From Octopus sinensis (lineage: Eukaryota): a stretch of 46,223 bases of DNA. The position numbers and the translations under genes were made by a program. Under the pieces are notes generated by a model. It was given only the letters and a program-made list of their open reading frames with translations, was not told where the DNA came from and ran no database searches. The DNA lies in NCBI RefSeq assembly GCF_006345805.1, contig NW_021834699.1, forward strand, positions 1-46,223, in the 5' to 3' direction. This document shows positions 25,501 to 37,516 of this stretch, piece by piece (positions within the stretch are counted from its first letter, which is position 1; every line of letters begins with the position of its first letter).

Positions 25501-25870
25501 ATAAAGACTAACTATAATTAAAGCCTAGACAACATAACCAAAAATATATTATCTAAACTAATTTAAACTAAACTAAAGTAACCTAAAAGGGAACTATTAT
25601 TGCTATTTATCATGAAACTTATTATATAGGTAAAGTAACTTGTGTCTGCATTTTATTTTGCGCTCTTCACCAGTATTAAGTAAATTATCATACTTATAAA
25701 ATAAAATTTCTTTAAACTCATTAGAGCATAAATAACAACAATTAGCTCCTATATTATAAATAATATTTTATAATATTTTATAATATTTTATAATATTTTA
25801 CTATAAAATTGGATTTAATCCTAAATCTGATTTTTTTCCCTGTAAATTTGGATTTATTCCCTAATATTTA
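22555..25870. mobile_element. Strand-skewed composite element with direct and inverted repeats, possibly Penelope-like or retrozyme-like
   Basis: Direct repeat 22804-23371 vs 23436-24389 (second copy with a ~390-bp extra segment); diverged inverted copy at about 25055-25125 of 23013-23075; carries the hammerhead motif; no intact ORF. Confidence 0.45.
22646..22688 (-). ncRNA. Minimal type I hammerhead ribozyme motif
   Basis: Minus strand reads CCAC CUGAAGA UUGUC gaucaa GACAA GAAAC gauu GUA GUGG: stem I CCAC/GUGG, core CUGANGA, 5-bp stem II, GAAA, 2-bp stem III, cleavage triplet GUA. Confidence 0.75.
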
Positions 25871-25871
25871 T

Positions 25872-25933
<62 letters not shown>

Positions 25934-25997
25934 TATATTATTTTATTTTTATTTTATCTAGTTTCATCTCACGAGCTGTGGCCATGCTGGGGCACCG

Positions 25998-26043
<46 letters not shown>

Positions 26044-27094
26044 TGTTGAAATGGAAAGATGAATTATCTTGTTACAGATTATTTAAAAGTTTAACCGATA
26101 CCTGGGTAGCAAAAATCACAGCAGAAAAAACATGGTTGGAGTTATGACCATAGGGTGTTGCAACCGTGCGTTTGTGCGGGTAATTGAAGTTTAATATAAT
26201 TAGTGAATGGAAGAAATGGAGTTGAACGAAGACTGTACAGAATTCCTTTTATTACATTCTACACATGTTTCAAAGGCCACAATTTTCCAAATTCTGATTG
26301 AATAAGGATACCATATTGCAGCTTTCTCTTCAGGAAAATCCAGGAATTACGATGTCCAAACAAAAACAAAGGCGCAGCAAGCAATTCGAACAATAACGCT
26401 CCTTAAGAGCCCATGTATTGGGGCAAACTGTTTCTCAATATACGTTGAAATCGGGGGGTTGGTGGAGGCCGACAAAAAGGTCCGTTGGAATAAATCAAGG
26501 TCAGGCCGCGGTCAAATCTAGTAGGTGAGGAATTAATGAAAACAAGGGGTGTGAAGATATTCTGTGTAACCAAAATTAAAGCTCTGAATATTTTAAGAAT
26601 TCAGGGTGTATTATTTAGGTGCGAGACACTACCTACCTACATGCATGTGTGTGTATGCTAGCCTGTGTATGCGTGGGGCGCGAGATAGTGAGCACTGCTG
26701 AAAATAGCCGGTCAGGCGGCTGAAATAATTCTGTGTTCGTGTGTCCGTCAGTGGCCTGCTTATCTAAATTAACATCGCCAAAAATCAGAGGGGTATATAA
26801 CTCCTGCCCTTGCTTCTAAAAACCGACCAATCGCCCAAGGGGAGTAATTTCCCCTTGCAAAAATTGTTCAGAGATTTTTTTCAAAAAAAATTTTTTCAAA
26901 ATTTATTTCCTTTTATTAGGATATCAAGGTGTTAATTGTCTTAGGTATCATTTATATGTAAGAAACGTATGACGCCGCCAATGGGGACATCGAAAAGCAG
27001 TCTGTAAAAGCCCGTTTACCAAACGGCCTCTGGCGAACAATATGTGGAAAAGCTCAGAGTTACAAAGATTACATATCCTTTATTCCATTCACTA

Positions 27095-27107
27095 ATTATA
27101 TATATAT

Positions 27108-27193
<86 letters not shown>

Positions 27194-27225
27194 ATATAGG
27201 TATATAGAAAGATAGATAGATAGAT

Positions 27226-27319
<94 letters not shown>

Positions 27320-27320
27320 T
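27095..27320. repeat. (TA)n, (AG)n and (AGAT)n microsatellites
   Basis: Directly visible. Confidence 0.95.
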
Positions 27321-27533
27321 CATCTCTCTGTCTATATATCTACCCTCTTTGTAATGTTGGAAAATGGAATAAGTATAAAAATGAATATTGTCGATTTAAT
27401 TTAAAATGTCCATATGTGGCTGAAGCGTGCTCTACATTTTAAAACTGACGTAATATTTACATTGTTTAATTAAATGAAGTAGCATGAAACGAGTAAACTA
27501 CACTACCTTTGGATATTCTCGTTGCTTATATTG

Positions 27534-27575
<42 letters not shown>

Positions 27576-27969
27576 GACTCCGGCACTCGGGCTGTTCGAG
27601 CTTAGCCCGAATATAAATGTAATAAGGTGGACGTGTATTTATAAGCTGATTTCATTTCTGCCAACACTGACTTCAAGTATGTAATTGCAGCCAATAACTC
27701 GTGCTCCTTTTATTGAGCCTGGTCGCTGTTGGTTTATTTTCGTTCACCGTCTGTGTCAAAATATCATTCGTAGCAGACGTTCTCTCGACATCGTTCACAC
27801 GCGCCTGACTCGGTCTCAGAAGTTACATCCCGAGTTCTTATCAATAATCGTAAAAATTAAAATTAATTCAAATGCAATGTTTTCTTGAAACTATAAATTT
27901 TTGAGAGATTAATATTTAAATTAAAATCCATGAAAAGTTTCCGTTCTGTGATATTCTTAAAGGAACGAA

Positions 27970-28387
27970 GGATCTTTTCGGTTTGAACGGCAGTTTCTTT
28001 CTAGCGGTGTCCTATGAAATTGTCACCCATAATTATGACCCTAGTATCGATCTATTGCATTTCAATCTGTTTTAGGGTTAGGGGTGAGGGAAGGGTATCT
28101 GTTTTTCTTCAGAAATGTAAATAAACCCAATCTGTTTCTTAAACGAGGGACATATTCATACGGCACAGAATGTGTTTTTTTTACCTCAATAGACGTCGCT
28201 GATTGGTTGAAATTGCAGAAATTTAAGAAAAAAACAACAACAAATATCTTACATACTATAGAATTTTCTCAATAAAGCCAAGAGAAAAAGATGTTTTATA
28301 AACACATTCTATCAGTATACGAAGTTTAAAAGTGTTTAGTTACGTGGAAATTATTTTAAAAAACTGCCGTTCAAACAGAAAAGACCC
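27970..28387. mobile_element. MITE with ~27-bp terminal inverted repeats
   Basis: GGATCTTTTCGGTTTGAACGGCAGTTT (27970-27996) and AAACTGCCGTTCAAACAGAAAAGACCC (28361-28387) are reverse complements with two mismatches; no coding capacity. Confidence 0.8.
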
Positions 28388-28765
28388 GGAACGAAAATTT
28401 ATCCAGCAACTCGGGCTAATAGGAACGAGCCTGGAAGGTGTAAAAGAGAAACTGGCATCTCTTGTCAAGATTACAAGCGACAGTCAGATCGCTGGTGTTT
28501 GCTTGTGCACTCTGCTGTCGTAATTTGATTGCTGTTATTCTGTGCATTTGTGCGCAAAAATCAGTTGTGTTTTGCAGGGTTGCTTTCTTGTAATCCTTAA
28601 CTTAGAAACGGAGAAAGACATAGCGTTAGATGTGAAAAAATAAGCCATTTGGGGCTAGAAATAAAGCGGGAAAACGTGAAATTCTTCGAGTAGAAATGTG
28701 TCTTGTATGAAATCTGTGATGAGCCCGTGTGACACTGAATCGCCTCTGAGATATATATATATAAA

Positions 28766-28811
<46 letters not shown>

Positions 28812-28830
28812 TCATGAACGTATGCGCGTG

Positions 28831-28886
<56 letters not shown>

Positions 28887-29610
28887 GGTCCATAAAGACA
28901 CACCCGATGGTTTTGATATCACGATGGGAAGATCTGCTTCAGCACAAGTAACTGATTTGGTCTGAATATATATACTTTCTGAAATGGCAGACCAGTTCCC
29001 AAACATCAACAGAGGTCTATATCGTGTTGATTGTTTACTTTACCTCAAAAATGTTTCTGACCAAAAAGTACAAAATGTTAAGAATACTTCAGTTAAGTTT
29101 TTTTTTCCGTAGAATGGGTTTAGGCATTGTCTTTAGGATGATGTAACGAAAGCCAACTTAACTTACGCAATAATTCTTACGTCCCATACCACAAACAATC
29201 GACCAACCTTAAGTATATTAGCCAATTAAATAATCATTCTAAGGCGATCACTAAGAACTTAGTTAAGAATATTTCATTTAGATTTTCTAAGTTCTCTGCC
29301 TATGTAGGCACTTTTAACGACAAGGCTCATTTTGTACCCCTGCCTTACTTAAAGCAGTTTTACAGATAAAGTTATCTACATTGATTGCATTCAATCTTAT
29401 TCTACCTTTAGTAAGGGAGACATGATATCTAGCTGTAAGGATATAAACGATATCAGTTTTAGTTTATACACCAACACCAAACAGAGGAAGGGAGATAACC
29501 GATATTTAAACCCCTTTTTTCATTCTAAAGGTAAGTCGATGTCTTTCAAAGGTGGTTACACTAAAAATAAGGCACTAATAGCAAAACAATTTGGTATATT
29601 ATATATATAC

Positions 29611-29643
<33 letters not shown>

Positions 29644-29944
29644 ATGTATATATATATATATATAATTTGCATATCGGAACTGAATATTTCTGTCTGTGTG
29701 TACACATCATTGTATATATCTATCTATATAAACACATTCAAGCACATAAAAAGACAGTCACGCACACACACACACACAAACACACACACACCACACGGGC
29801 ACGCACACGCACACACACAAACACACAGACATATATATATGTTTGTGTGTGTGTGTGTGGTGTTTGAAATTAAAGTAGAACAAACGCCGAAATGTTACTC
29901 AATAAAAGTCAGAGAGCCAAACGATTTTTTGATTAAAATAACCT

Positions 29945-29954
29945 TTTATTTATT
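29945..29954 (-). terminator. Polyadenylation signals (AATAAATAAA) for the EMI/EGF gene
   Basis: Two overlapping AATAAA hexamers about 245 nt past the 30198 acceptor. Confidence 0.5.
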
Positions 29955-30198
29955 AATTAATATTCAATTAATATAATGATCAGAGAAAGCTAAATTACGT
30001 TAATATAGTACTAAGATATAATTGAGATATTGGATGAGGGGATAGTCTTCTCTGTAAACTTCATCGAAGATAACCTGGTAATAACTGGCGATGTAGGTCA
30101 TACGGAGATAAATCAGGCGGGAGATGTCTTGCTAGGAATGTGACCGACAGATATTTCCTGCTGGGAATATTTTAAAATTCGTTAAAATTAGCCGATAC
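29945..30198 (-). other. Probable terminal (3' UTR) exon of the EMI/EGF gene
   Basis: Strong acceptor tttgtgtcttattttcag|G at 30199/30198 and overlapping AATAAA signals at 29945-29954. A strong donor (GTAAGT) is available at 31525. Confidence 0.6.
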
Positions 30199-30597
30199 CT
30201 GAAAATAAGACACAAATAAATAAATATAAGCAAAAATTTAAAAAATATGTAACAATATACAAAAATGTAAGAAGCGAACGCTATACTAATGGAGCATCCC
30301 ACAAAAGGGTTTATTAATCTTGCGTTCAGGAGGTCAATAAGAAACGCTCATTTGAATAGTTCAGGGGTGGCGGGATATGTTACTGTTTCCTTTCCCTGGT
30401 AAACAGAATTTTCAGAACCTTCTGATGTTCAGCTAAGTCTGTTCTACTCTGACAGACTCCACTTAATGTAATATTGTGCGGTGGGTTCTTTCAGGATCCA
30501 TACATATCTTGCCAAAGCAGTGGTGATGATATCTCTCCTGCATATTACTTGAGAAGAAAATTTAGTAGATATACTGAAACGTCAAAACTTAGAACCA

Positions 30598-30634
<37 letters not shown>

Positions 30635-30637
30635 GGT

Positions 30638-30970
30638 GAAGGCGGTGAGATGGCAGAGTCATTAACGCCGGGTAAAATGCTTGGCGACATTTTGCCCGTT
30701 CATTTAACGTACTGATTTCAAATTCCACCGAGGTCGACTTTTCCTTTCAGCCCTCCGCGGTCGATAAAATAAGTACCAGTCAAGGACGGACGAATCGTTA
30801 ACACGCCGGACAAAATGCTTGGAGGCAAGTCGACCGTATTAATGTTTTGGGTTAAAATCCCGCCGAGATCAACTTTGCCTTTCGTCCTTCGGGATCGATG
30901 AATTAAGAACTAGTTCTAGACTGGGGTCTATGTAATCCACTTCACCACCTCCTCCACAAAGTTCAAGCCT
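30638..30970 (+). mobile_element. Two diverged, nested copies of the ggcggtgagctggcagaa SINE
   Basis: Head aaggcggtgagatggcagagtcattaacgccggg and tail gtcgatgtaatc motifs. Further copies at about 32340-32530, 34055-34265 and 36890-37100. Confidence 0.7.
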
Positions 30971-31005
30971 TGTTCCCATAGTAGAATGGCTTATTACTAT
31001 TATTA

Positions 31006-31046
<41 letters not shown>

Positions 31047-31090
31047 TATTATTATTAATTTTATTATTGATATTATTATTACTATTATTA

Positions 31091-31155
<65 letters not shown>

Positions 31156-31189
31156 CATTATTATTATTATTATATTATTATTATTATTA

Positions 31190-31500
31190 TTGAGTTAGAG
31201 AGCAGTGCATGCCATCAAAGTGACACTGGGGTAAAATATAAGAAGCCAAGTATACCCATCATGAATACCCGTCTGATAAGGGTAGACCAGGCATATGCAT
31301 CACAACCATATGTGCGCGACATGGTGACCTCATATGAAGATAAATAGCACCTGACCTTTCTGGGGAGGGGAGGGCCCAGTTAGAATCTTCTTCTGGTCGA
31401 GTAGCCTATCCCGTTTAAAAATTTCCCTGAATAAGGGTTGTTCAAGGATGTTGAACGAAACACCCACGATTCCAAAGGTGAATTATCGAAACCCCGAAGA
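31190..31500 (-). mobile_element. (AAT)n-tailed retroposon 3' fragment (four copies in this gene)
   Basis: gagagcagtgcatgccatcaaagtgacac... follows an (ATT)n run here and at about 35365-35880, 36655-36845 and 40153-40420, always in the same orientation. Confidence 0.75.
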
Positions 31501-31554
31501 ATTCAACCCAATTACTTATACTTACACGCTTTGTTGTTGTTGTTGTTGTGTGCT

Positions 31555-31682
31555 TTATCTACGAACACATGTTCTCCCATTGAAACGGAACCCTGGTTTA
31601 CACAAACATTTGTAGGACCCTATTGTGTTGACGCATTTCCCGTATCTACCGCATCGAAACCTCCTTCTGCACTCGTTTACAT
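31555..31682 (-). CDS. Coding exon 7: calcium-binding EGF module 4 and probable stop
   Basis: Acceptor ttttcatttgcag|A. Translates (D)[41 protein letters not shown] with TAA at 31557-31555. The joined CDS is 1395 nt (464 aa). The exact C-terminus is uncertain because a weak donor at 31562 could be used instead. Confidence 0.85.
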
Positions 31683-32002
31683 CTGCAAATGAAAACAAAT
31701 TTATTGCACTTAATTGCATGTATATAAAACAGATGAACTATTTGGGGGGGTCGATGTAATAAGTACCAGTTATACACTGGAGGTTGATGTAATCGACTAG
31801 TCCCATTGCCCCAAAGTTTGTGACATTAAATATGTTCGTTGTTACACTGATTTTACAAACGGATTTTTCAAACGGAAAAACACTTTGTAACTTTAGTCCT
31901 GTGTTTTTGTCCCTTTATGGTATAATTGATTTTTGTTAGCCCTTGTGGCGAATAAGCGAATTAATTATTATTATCTTTTTTCTTCTTCTTCTTCTTCTTC
32001 TT

Positions 32003-32073
<71 letters not shown>

Positions 32074-32143
32074 CTCCCAGCCAATTGCTTATAGATATAC
32101 GTGTGTATATTGTTCTTGTAGCTGCTGTTTGTCCTTTACTTAC

Positions 32144-32263
32144 CAACACATGTTCTTCTATTGAAATAATAGCCCCGTCTGCAGTAACAAGTGAAAGAGG
32201 TTCCTCTCTTGACGCATCTACCATTTCTCCCGCACCGATTCCATCTGCACGCTCCTCCGACGG
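32144..32263 (-). CDS. Coding exon 6: EGF-like module 3 (near-identical twin of exon 4)
   Basis: Acceptor ttctgctttccag|C, donor G|GTAAGT, 120 nt, phase 1-1. Translates (A)VGGACRWNRCGRNGRCVKRGTSFTCYCRRGYYFNRRTCV. Confidence 0.9.
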
Positions 32264-32547
32264 CTGGAAAGCAGAACAGAAATAACACAATTATATATAA
32301 CAATCAGAATTCTTTCATCATCATCATCATCATCATGATCATCATCATAATGACAGATAGTTACCACACCGGGTGTCATTTCGACAGCGTCTGTTCTTTC
32401 TAAGTTCAAACACCACAGACGTCAACTTTGCCTTTCATCGCTTCCGGGTCGATTGAATAAGTAACAGATGTTCACTGGGGTCGATGTAATCGACTTATCC
32501 CCGACCCAGAATTACTTGCCCTCTGTGGCAATTTGGAAATCATCATT

Positions 32548-32599
<52 letters not shown>

Positions 32600-32719
32600 A
32601 CATCATCATCATCAACATCATCATCATCATCATCATCATCAACATCATCATCATCATCATTATCATCATTATGATCATCAACACCAACATCATCATCATC
32701 ATCATCACCATCATTATTA

Positions 32720-32795
<76 letters not shown>

Positions 32796-32849
32796 TATAC
32801 ACACAACCAGCCAGACTGTTAGAAAAGAAAAGACCCAAACAGGGGTCTA

Positions 32850-33990
32850 CAAGCCGCCTTAAATATCAAGAACCCACCTATTGGGTTGCAGCAAGTAACC
32901 TTAGATGCCAAGATCCCTCCTAAGCTTTTAGCTGTCCATAATAACACTGTTTTCTGGAGCTGTACGAAACTGGGTTTTCTGCCTATGTCCTCTCTCCATC
33001 TGTTCAGACCTTTAGGGATAGTTTCCAATGCTCCTATAACTACTGGGACGCATTTTACCCGCACTTTCCATAGTTTCGGTAATTCAATGGCTACGTCCTG
33101 GTACTCTGCTATTTTTTCTATGGATGGAAGCACTCCTCGTTGGTTACGACGATGATGGTTCCGGTTGATCCGAATCAATGGAACAGCCTGCTCGTGAAAT
33201 TAACGTGTAAGTGGCTGAGCACTCCACTGACACGTGCACCCTTAACGTAGTTCTCGGGGAAATTCAGTGTGACACTGAGAGTGACAAGGCCGGCCCCTTG
33301 AAATACAGGTACAACAGAAACAGGAAGTAAGAGTGAGAGAAAGTTGTGGTGAAAGAGCACAGCAGGGATCACCACCATCCCCTGCCAGAGCATCGTGGAG
33401 CTTTTTAGGTGTTTTCGCTCAATAAACACTCACACGCCCGGTCTGGGAATCGAAACCGCGATCCTATGACCGCGAGTCCGCTGCCCTAACCAGTGGGCCA
33501 TTGGGCCTCATTTTTTTTCTATACTTCCCATATTAATGTTTTCATCATTTGGGACCGTAAAGTCGGTTATCTGGCACTTTCTATTCTCTTTATCTTCTGC
33601 TACCAAATCAGGCCTTCTAGCTTCTATTACTGTCAGTCTGAATGACGAACTCCCACAACATCTTATATTTCTTACTTTCTAATACTTTTCCAGGTTCGTG
33701 TTCATACCATTTGTCAGCATGTTAAAAATCCTAGATGTCCACACAAATCCCAGTGGATTACTCTACCGAAGATGTCATATATTTTCTTGAATTCTTTCTG
33801 TGACGTCATGCTATATTCAATTACTATATGAGAAATGCCTTCTTCCTTTGATTTGCATAGGCTACATTTGGAATCTAATTGGTTTTTGTATATCTTGGTG
33901 TTTATCCAATTAGTCCTTAAAACTTGATCCCGTGCTGCTACTAAAAATTTCTCCCATTTTAAACTTCCTTTATGCAACCGTAGCCATGTC
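32850..33990 (-). mobile_element. R4/Dong-clade LINE C-terminal fragment, split by a SINE
   Basis: AARDQVLRTNWINTKIYKNQLDSKCSLCKSKEE.ISHIV...IHWDLC (33990-33740) and EKIAEYQDVAIELPKLWKVRVKCVPVVIGALETIPK...LQKTVLLWTAK (33130-32900): zinc knuckle and restriction-like endonuclease region. Confidence 0.8.
33135..33510 (-). mobile_element. tRNA-derived SINE, full head
   Basis: aatggcccactggttagggcagcggactcgcggtcataggatcgcggtttcgattcccagaccgggc contains A- and B-box-like sequences. Relatives at 17865-17920 and 46060-46223. Confidence 0.8.
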
Positions 33991-33993
33991 TCA

Positions 33994-34047
<54 letters not shown>

Positions 34048-34322
34048 TTATTAAGGTCTCGAGCTGGCAGAGTCGTTAGCGTGCGGGGCGAAATCTTTGC
34101 GGTATTTCGTATGTCGCTACGTTCTGAGTTCAAATTTCACAGAGGTCGACTTTGCCTTCCATCGTTTTGGGGTCGATAAATTGAGTACCAGGTGAGTAGT
34201 GGGGTCGACGTAATCGACTTACCACACACCAAAATTCCAGGCCTTCTGTCTAGAGTAGAAAAGATTATTACTTATACATAAACGTGTGTTGTTGTTGTTG
34301 TTGTCTATTCTGCTTCACTTAC

Positions 34323-34442
34323 CAACGCATGTTCTCCCATTGAAACGGAAACCTCGACGACAGAAACATCTGTAGGATCCTGGGGTGTTGATGCATCTCC
34401 CGTATCTTCCGCACACATACTTCCATCTGCACTCGTTTCTGT
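34323..34442 (-). CDS. Coding exon 5: calcium-binding-type EGF module 2
   Basis: Acceptor tttgttttacttttccag|A, donor G|GTAAGT, 120 nt, phase 1-1. Translates (Y)[39 protein letters not shown], with xNEC and CxNxxGSYxC motifs. Confidence 0.92.
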
Positions 34443-34484
34443 CTGGAAAAGTAAAACAAATTCATTGCATGGATGTAACACTTA

Positions 34485-35150
34485 TGTATCATCATCATCA
34501 CCATCCTCATCATAACCATCATCATCATCGTCGTCATCATCATAATCATCATCATCATCACCACTACCACCACCATCATCATCTTCATCATCATAATCAT
34601 CATAATCATCATCATCATAACCATCATCATCGTCTTCGTCATCATCATCATCATCACCACCACCACCATCATCATCTCAATCATTCTATCATCATCATCA
34701 ACATCCTCATCATTACCATCATCATCATCGTCGTCGTCATCATCATCATCACCACCACCATCACCACCATCATCATCACCACATCATCATCATCATCATC
34801 ATCACCATCCTCATCATAACCATCATCATCATCGTCGTCATTATCATCATCATCACCATCATCTTCATCATCATTATCATCATCATCATCATCACCACCA
34901 CCACACCATCATCATCTTCATCATCTTCACCATCCTCATCATACCCATCCTCATCATACCCATCCATCATAACCATCATCATCATCGTCGTCCTCATCAT
35001 CATCACACCACCATCACCACCATCATCATCACCACCACATCATCATCATCATCATCACCATCCTCATCATAACCATCATCTTCATCATCATAATTATCAT
35101 CATCATCATCAGCAGCATCACCCCCACCATCACCACCATCATTATTGATA
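34485..35150. repeat. Degenerate (CAT/CAC)n compound microsatellite, about 670 bp
   Basis: Trinucleotide tract in intron 4. Similar tracts at 32522-32790 and 36296-36372. Confidence 0.95.
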
Positions 35151-35304
35151 TTGATGTTTTGGTTGGTATTATTCTTCAGGTGGTACGCTGGGAGGATTGT
35201 AAACAAAAACCACTGAAACAGTGGCGGGAGGGGAGCGATTGATGTGATCGACTAACCCCCACCGCTAAAATTTCAGGCCTTCTGCCTACAGTAAAAGGGA
35301 TTAA

Positions 35305-35342
<38 letters not shown>

Positions 35343-35921
35343 TATATTATTATTATTATTATTATTATTGAGAGAGAGAGAGAGCAGTACTTGTCATCAA
35401 AGTGACACTAGGGTAAAATATACGAAGCCCAGTATACCCATCATGACTACCCGTTTGATAAGGGTATACTAGGCACATGTTTCACAACCACATGTGTGCC
35501 ACATGATGATCTCATTTCAAGATAAACAGCACATGACCTTGCAGGTGGGGCCCAGTTGGAAATGTCTTCAGTTGGAGTAGCCCATCCCGCTCAAAACGTC
35601 CCTAAATAAATTGTTTAAGGATGTTGAACAAATCACTCATGTTTCCAAAGGTGAATTATCCAAACCTCCAAGAATGCCTCTCAACACGTGGCTATGATGC
35701 TCCCCCACTACTTCTGCTCATGATCAGAGATGCACAAATCGTCAGCCACTAAGGGACATGCTCAAACTGGTTAAGGTCAAACAAATGACAAGCAAATCTG
35801 TTGTACTGAGCAGAATATGTGCTGCAGCCCAAAACTTCGAATCAGTTAAGATCAGAAACCATGAAAGCCACTGTCAGGGCATTTATTATTATAATTGTTA
35901 TCATTATTATTATTATTGTTA

Positions 35922-35974
<53 letters not shown>

Positions 35975-36008
35975 GTTGTTGTTGTTGTTGTTGTTGCTGT
36001 TGTAGTTG

Positions 36009-36044
<36 letters not shown>

Positions 36045-36123
36045 TATTATTATCTCCCAGCCAATTGCTTATAGATATACGTGTGTATATTGTTCTTGTA
36101 GCTGCTGTTTGTCCTTTACTTAC

Positions 36124-36243
36124 AAACACATGTTCTTCTATTGAAATAATAGCCCCGTCTGCAGTAACAAGTAAAAGAGGTTCCTCTCCTGACGCATCTA
36201 CCATTCTTCCCGCACCGATTCCATCTGCACGCTCCTCCGACGG
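36124..36243 (-). CDS. Coding exon 4: EGF-like module 1
   Basis: Acceptor ttctgctttccag|C, donor T|GTAAGT, 120 nt, phase 1-1. Translates (A)VGGACRWNRCGKNGRCVRRGTSFTCYCRRGYYFNRRTCV with six Cys in EGF spacing. Confidence 0.9.
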
Positions 36244-36308
36244 CTGGAAAGCAGAACAGAAATAACACAATTATATATAACAATCAGAATCCTTTCAACA
36301 TCATCATT

Positions 36309-36346
<38 letters not shown>

Positions 36347-36601
36347 AATTATCATCGTGGTCGTCGTCGTCGTTAGCAGAATCGTTTGCACGACGGTAAA
36401 AATGTTTGGCGGCATTTTGTCCGTCTTTACATTCTGTGTTCAAATCCGCCTTTCTTTCAGGGTCAAGAAAACAAATTTATTGCGCTTAATTGCATGTATA
36501 TAAAACAGATGCATTATTTGGGGTTGGGTCAATGTAATAAGCACCAGTTATACACTGAGGTCGATGTAATCGACTAGTCCCCTTCTCCAAAATTTAGTGA
36601 A

Positions 36602-36654
<53 letters not shown>

Positions 36655-37439
36655 GTGAGAGAGCAGTGCATACCATCAAAGTGACACTGGGATAAAATAT
36701 ACGAAGCCCAGTATACCGCTCATGACAACCCGTCTCACAAGGGTACACCAGGCACATGCATCACAACCATATGTGTGCGACATGGGGATCTCATATCAAG
36801 ATAAACAGCACATGACCTTGCAGGTGGGGCCCAGTTAGAATTTTTGTACCATCCTCATCATCATCATCATCATTGTGGTTGTTATTATTAAGGCGGTGAG
36901 CTGGCAGAGTCGTGAAAACGCCGGACAAAGTTCTTAGCGTTATTTCGTCGTAACGAGTTCAAAATCTGCCAATGTCGACGTTGGAATCCATCGTTTCGGA
37001 GTCGATGAAATGAGCACCATTGAAATATTAGGCTCAATGTAATCGACTGACCCCCACCTGACCCTAAAATATCAGGCCTTTTGCCTATTGTAGAATAAGT
37101 TAGATGCACCATGTTCTTTTAACAGAAGTCAGACCTTTCTCAGCTCAGTTGCTGTGGCAAAGGGATTACATACATCAAAATGCACTCCATCTGATCAAAT
37201 ATGGTGGAAGGAAGACGAGACGATACGACGCTCATTTGCATATATTACAATATAAAACAGGAAAAATAAAATGGAAGAAATAGCGATGTCTTTCTTCAAA
37301 GGATTGTGATACGAAAGAAAAAGGAAATTTGAAACGAGACCATTGGATGTCATATTTGGATATAAAATAGAAAATATCAAGAAAATATTAGGCCTTATCT
37401 ACACATAACATCCGGAGAGAACTGAACACATGTTCTTAC

Positions 37440-37516
37440 CTCTGCACCTTCCAGGCGTGCCGGTCCATCCTCTGCAGCATCTGCGACAGGTTGTAAGGAT
37501 TCTCCTGGAAGCTGTA
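37440..37516 (-). CDS. Coding exon 3: C-terminal half of EMI domain
   Basis: Acceptor ctctcatttaacag|T, donor G|GTAAGA, 77 nt, phase 2 to 1. Translates (R)TASRRILTTCRRCCRGWTGTPGRCR; CCxGW is the EMI hallmark. Confidence 0.9.

Noticed and set aside
25200-25870. Nuclear mitochondrial insertion
   Set aside because: AT-rich and skewed, but I found no rRNA, tRNA or mitochondrial protein motif.
30522-30577. C/D-box snoRNA (GTGATGA ... CTGA)
   Set aside because: Too short, no terminal stem, and antisense to the host intron.
33435-33510. tRNA gene
   Set aside because: The tRNA-like head continues into a SINE body found elsewhere in the window; no clean cloverleaf.
34319-35206. His-rich, Met-rich and Asp-rich ORFs
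   Set aside because: Translations of an intronic (CAT)n tract; no splice signals or start context.
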